From NCBI GenBank assembly GCA_963817275.1, contig CAWFOA010000008.1, forward strand, positions 101,454 through 165,453: a DNA stretch of 64,000 bases. Reading direction: 5' to 3'. Below the pieces are notes generated by a model, which ran no database searches, was not told the origin of the DNA, and was given only the letters and a program-made list of their open reading frames with translations. Origin of the DNA: an uncultured Solirubrobacterales bacterium (GTDB lineage Bacteria > Actinomycetota > Thermoleophilia > Solirubrobacterales > 70-9). Positions 63,928-64,000 of this stretch are shown here, piece after piece (positions within the stretch are counted from its first letter, which is position 1; each line of letters begins with the position of its first letter). The position numbers were made by a program, and so were the translations under genes.

Positions 63928-64000
63928 TCGCCAAATCACCCGGATCGGGGGATGCCGGGCGACGGGTCCACTGCCAGCTTTCCAGGCGGCGCGAATTCGC

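Noticed and set aside
1-64000. CRISPR arrays, IS elements, prophage or defence-island content
   Set aside because: I could not find regularly spaced direct repeats, or any transposase, integrase, recombinase, restriction, helicase-nuclease or toxin-antitoxin signatures in any frame. The window reads as conserved chromosomal core plus a few accessory envelope and stress genes.

Overview
This is a very GC-rich (roughly 70% by eye, not computed), gene-dense chromosomal core segment. Gene content looks actinobacterial, perhaps Thermoleophilia- or Rubrobacteria-like, but the taxon cannot be determined from the sequence alone. I found no rRNA, CRISPR array, transposase, integrase or prophage genes. 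Recognisable blocks, in order: (1) the pyrimidine operon pyrR-pyrB-pyrC-(isochorismatase-like)-carA-carB, with a PyrR-binding leader; (2) RNase Z and tRNA-Arg(CCG); (3) a SAM-I riboswitch controlling a ThrC-like plus MoaD/ThiS-like gene pair; (4) corA, a HIT gene and PMM/PGM; (5) relA, recJ, a fused secDF, ruvCAB and yebC; (6) pdxST; (7) an RpiR-headed operon encoding a REC-PIG-L deacetylase fusion, an ATP-grasp enzyme, a PHP phosphoesterase and a processive GT2 synthase; (8) FGE plus arylsulfatase; (9) glutamate decarboxylase, a YCII/ECF sigma pair, a LAL-LuxR/DUF2252 pair and a ClC channel; (10) a lipid-phosphate operon (SHOCT, DUF, DAG kinase, amphi-Trp, PAP2). The candidates I consider most worth follow-up are the REC-PIG-L/ATP-grasp/PHP/GT2 operon, the riboswitch-controlled ThrC-like/sulfur-carrier pair, and a cysteine-paired triple-repeat secreted protein family with two copies, one of them heavily degraded. 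About 15 apparent frameshifts interrupt otherwise conserved genes. Several sit in G/C homopolymers, so many are probably sequence errors. I see no clear-cut novel defence system. All functional calls come from reading motifs in the supplied translations, not from database searches.
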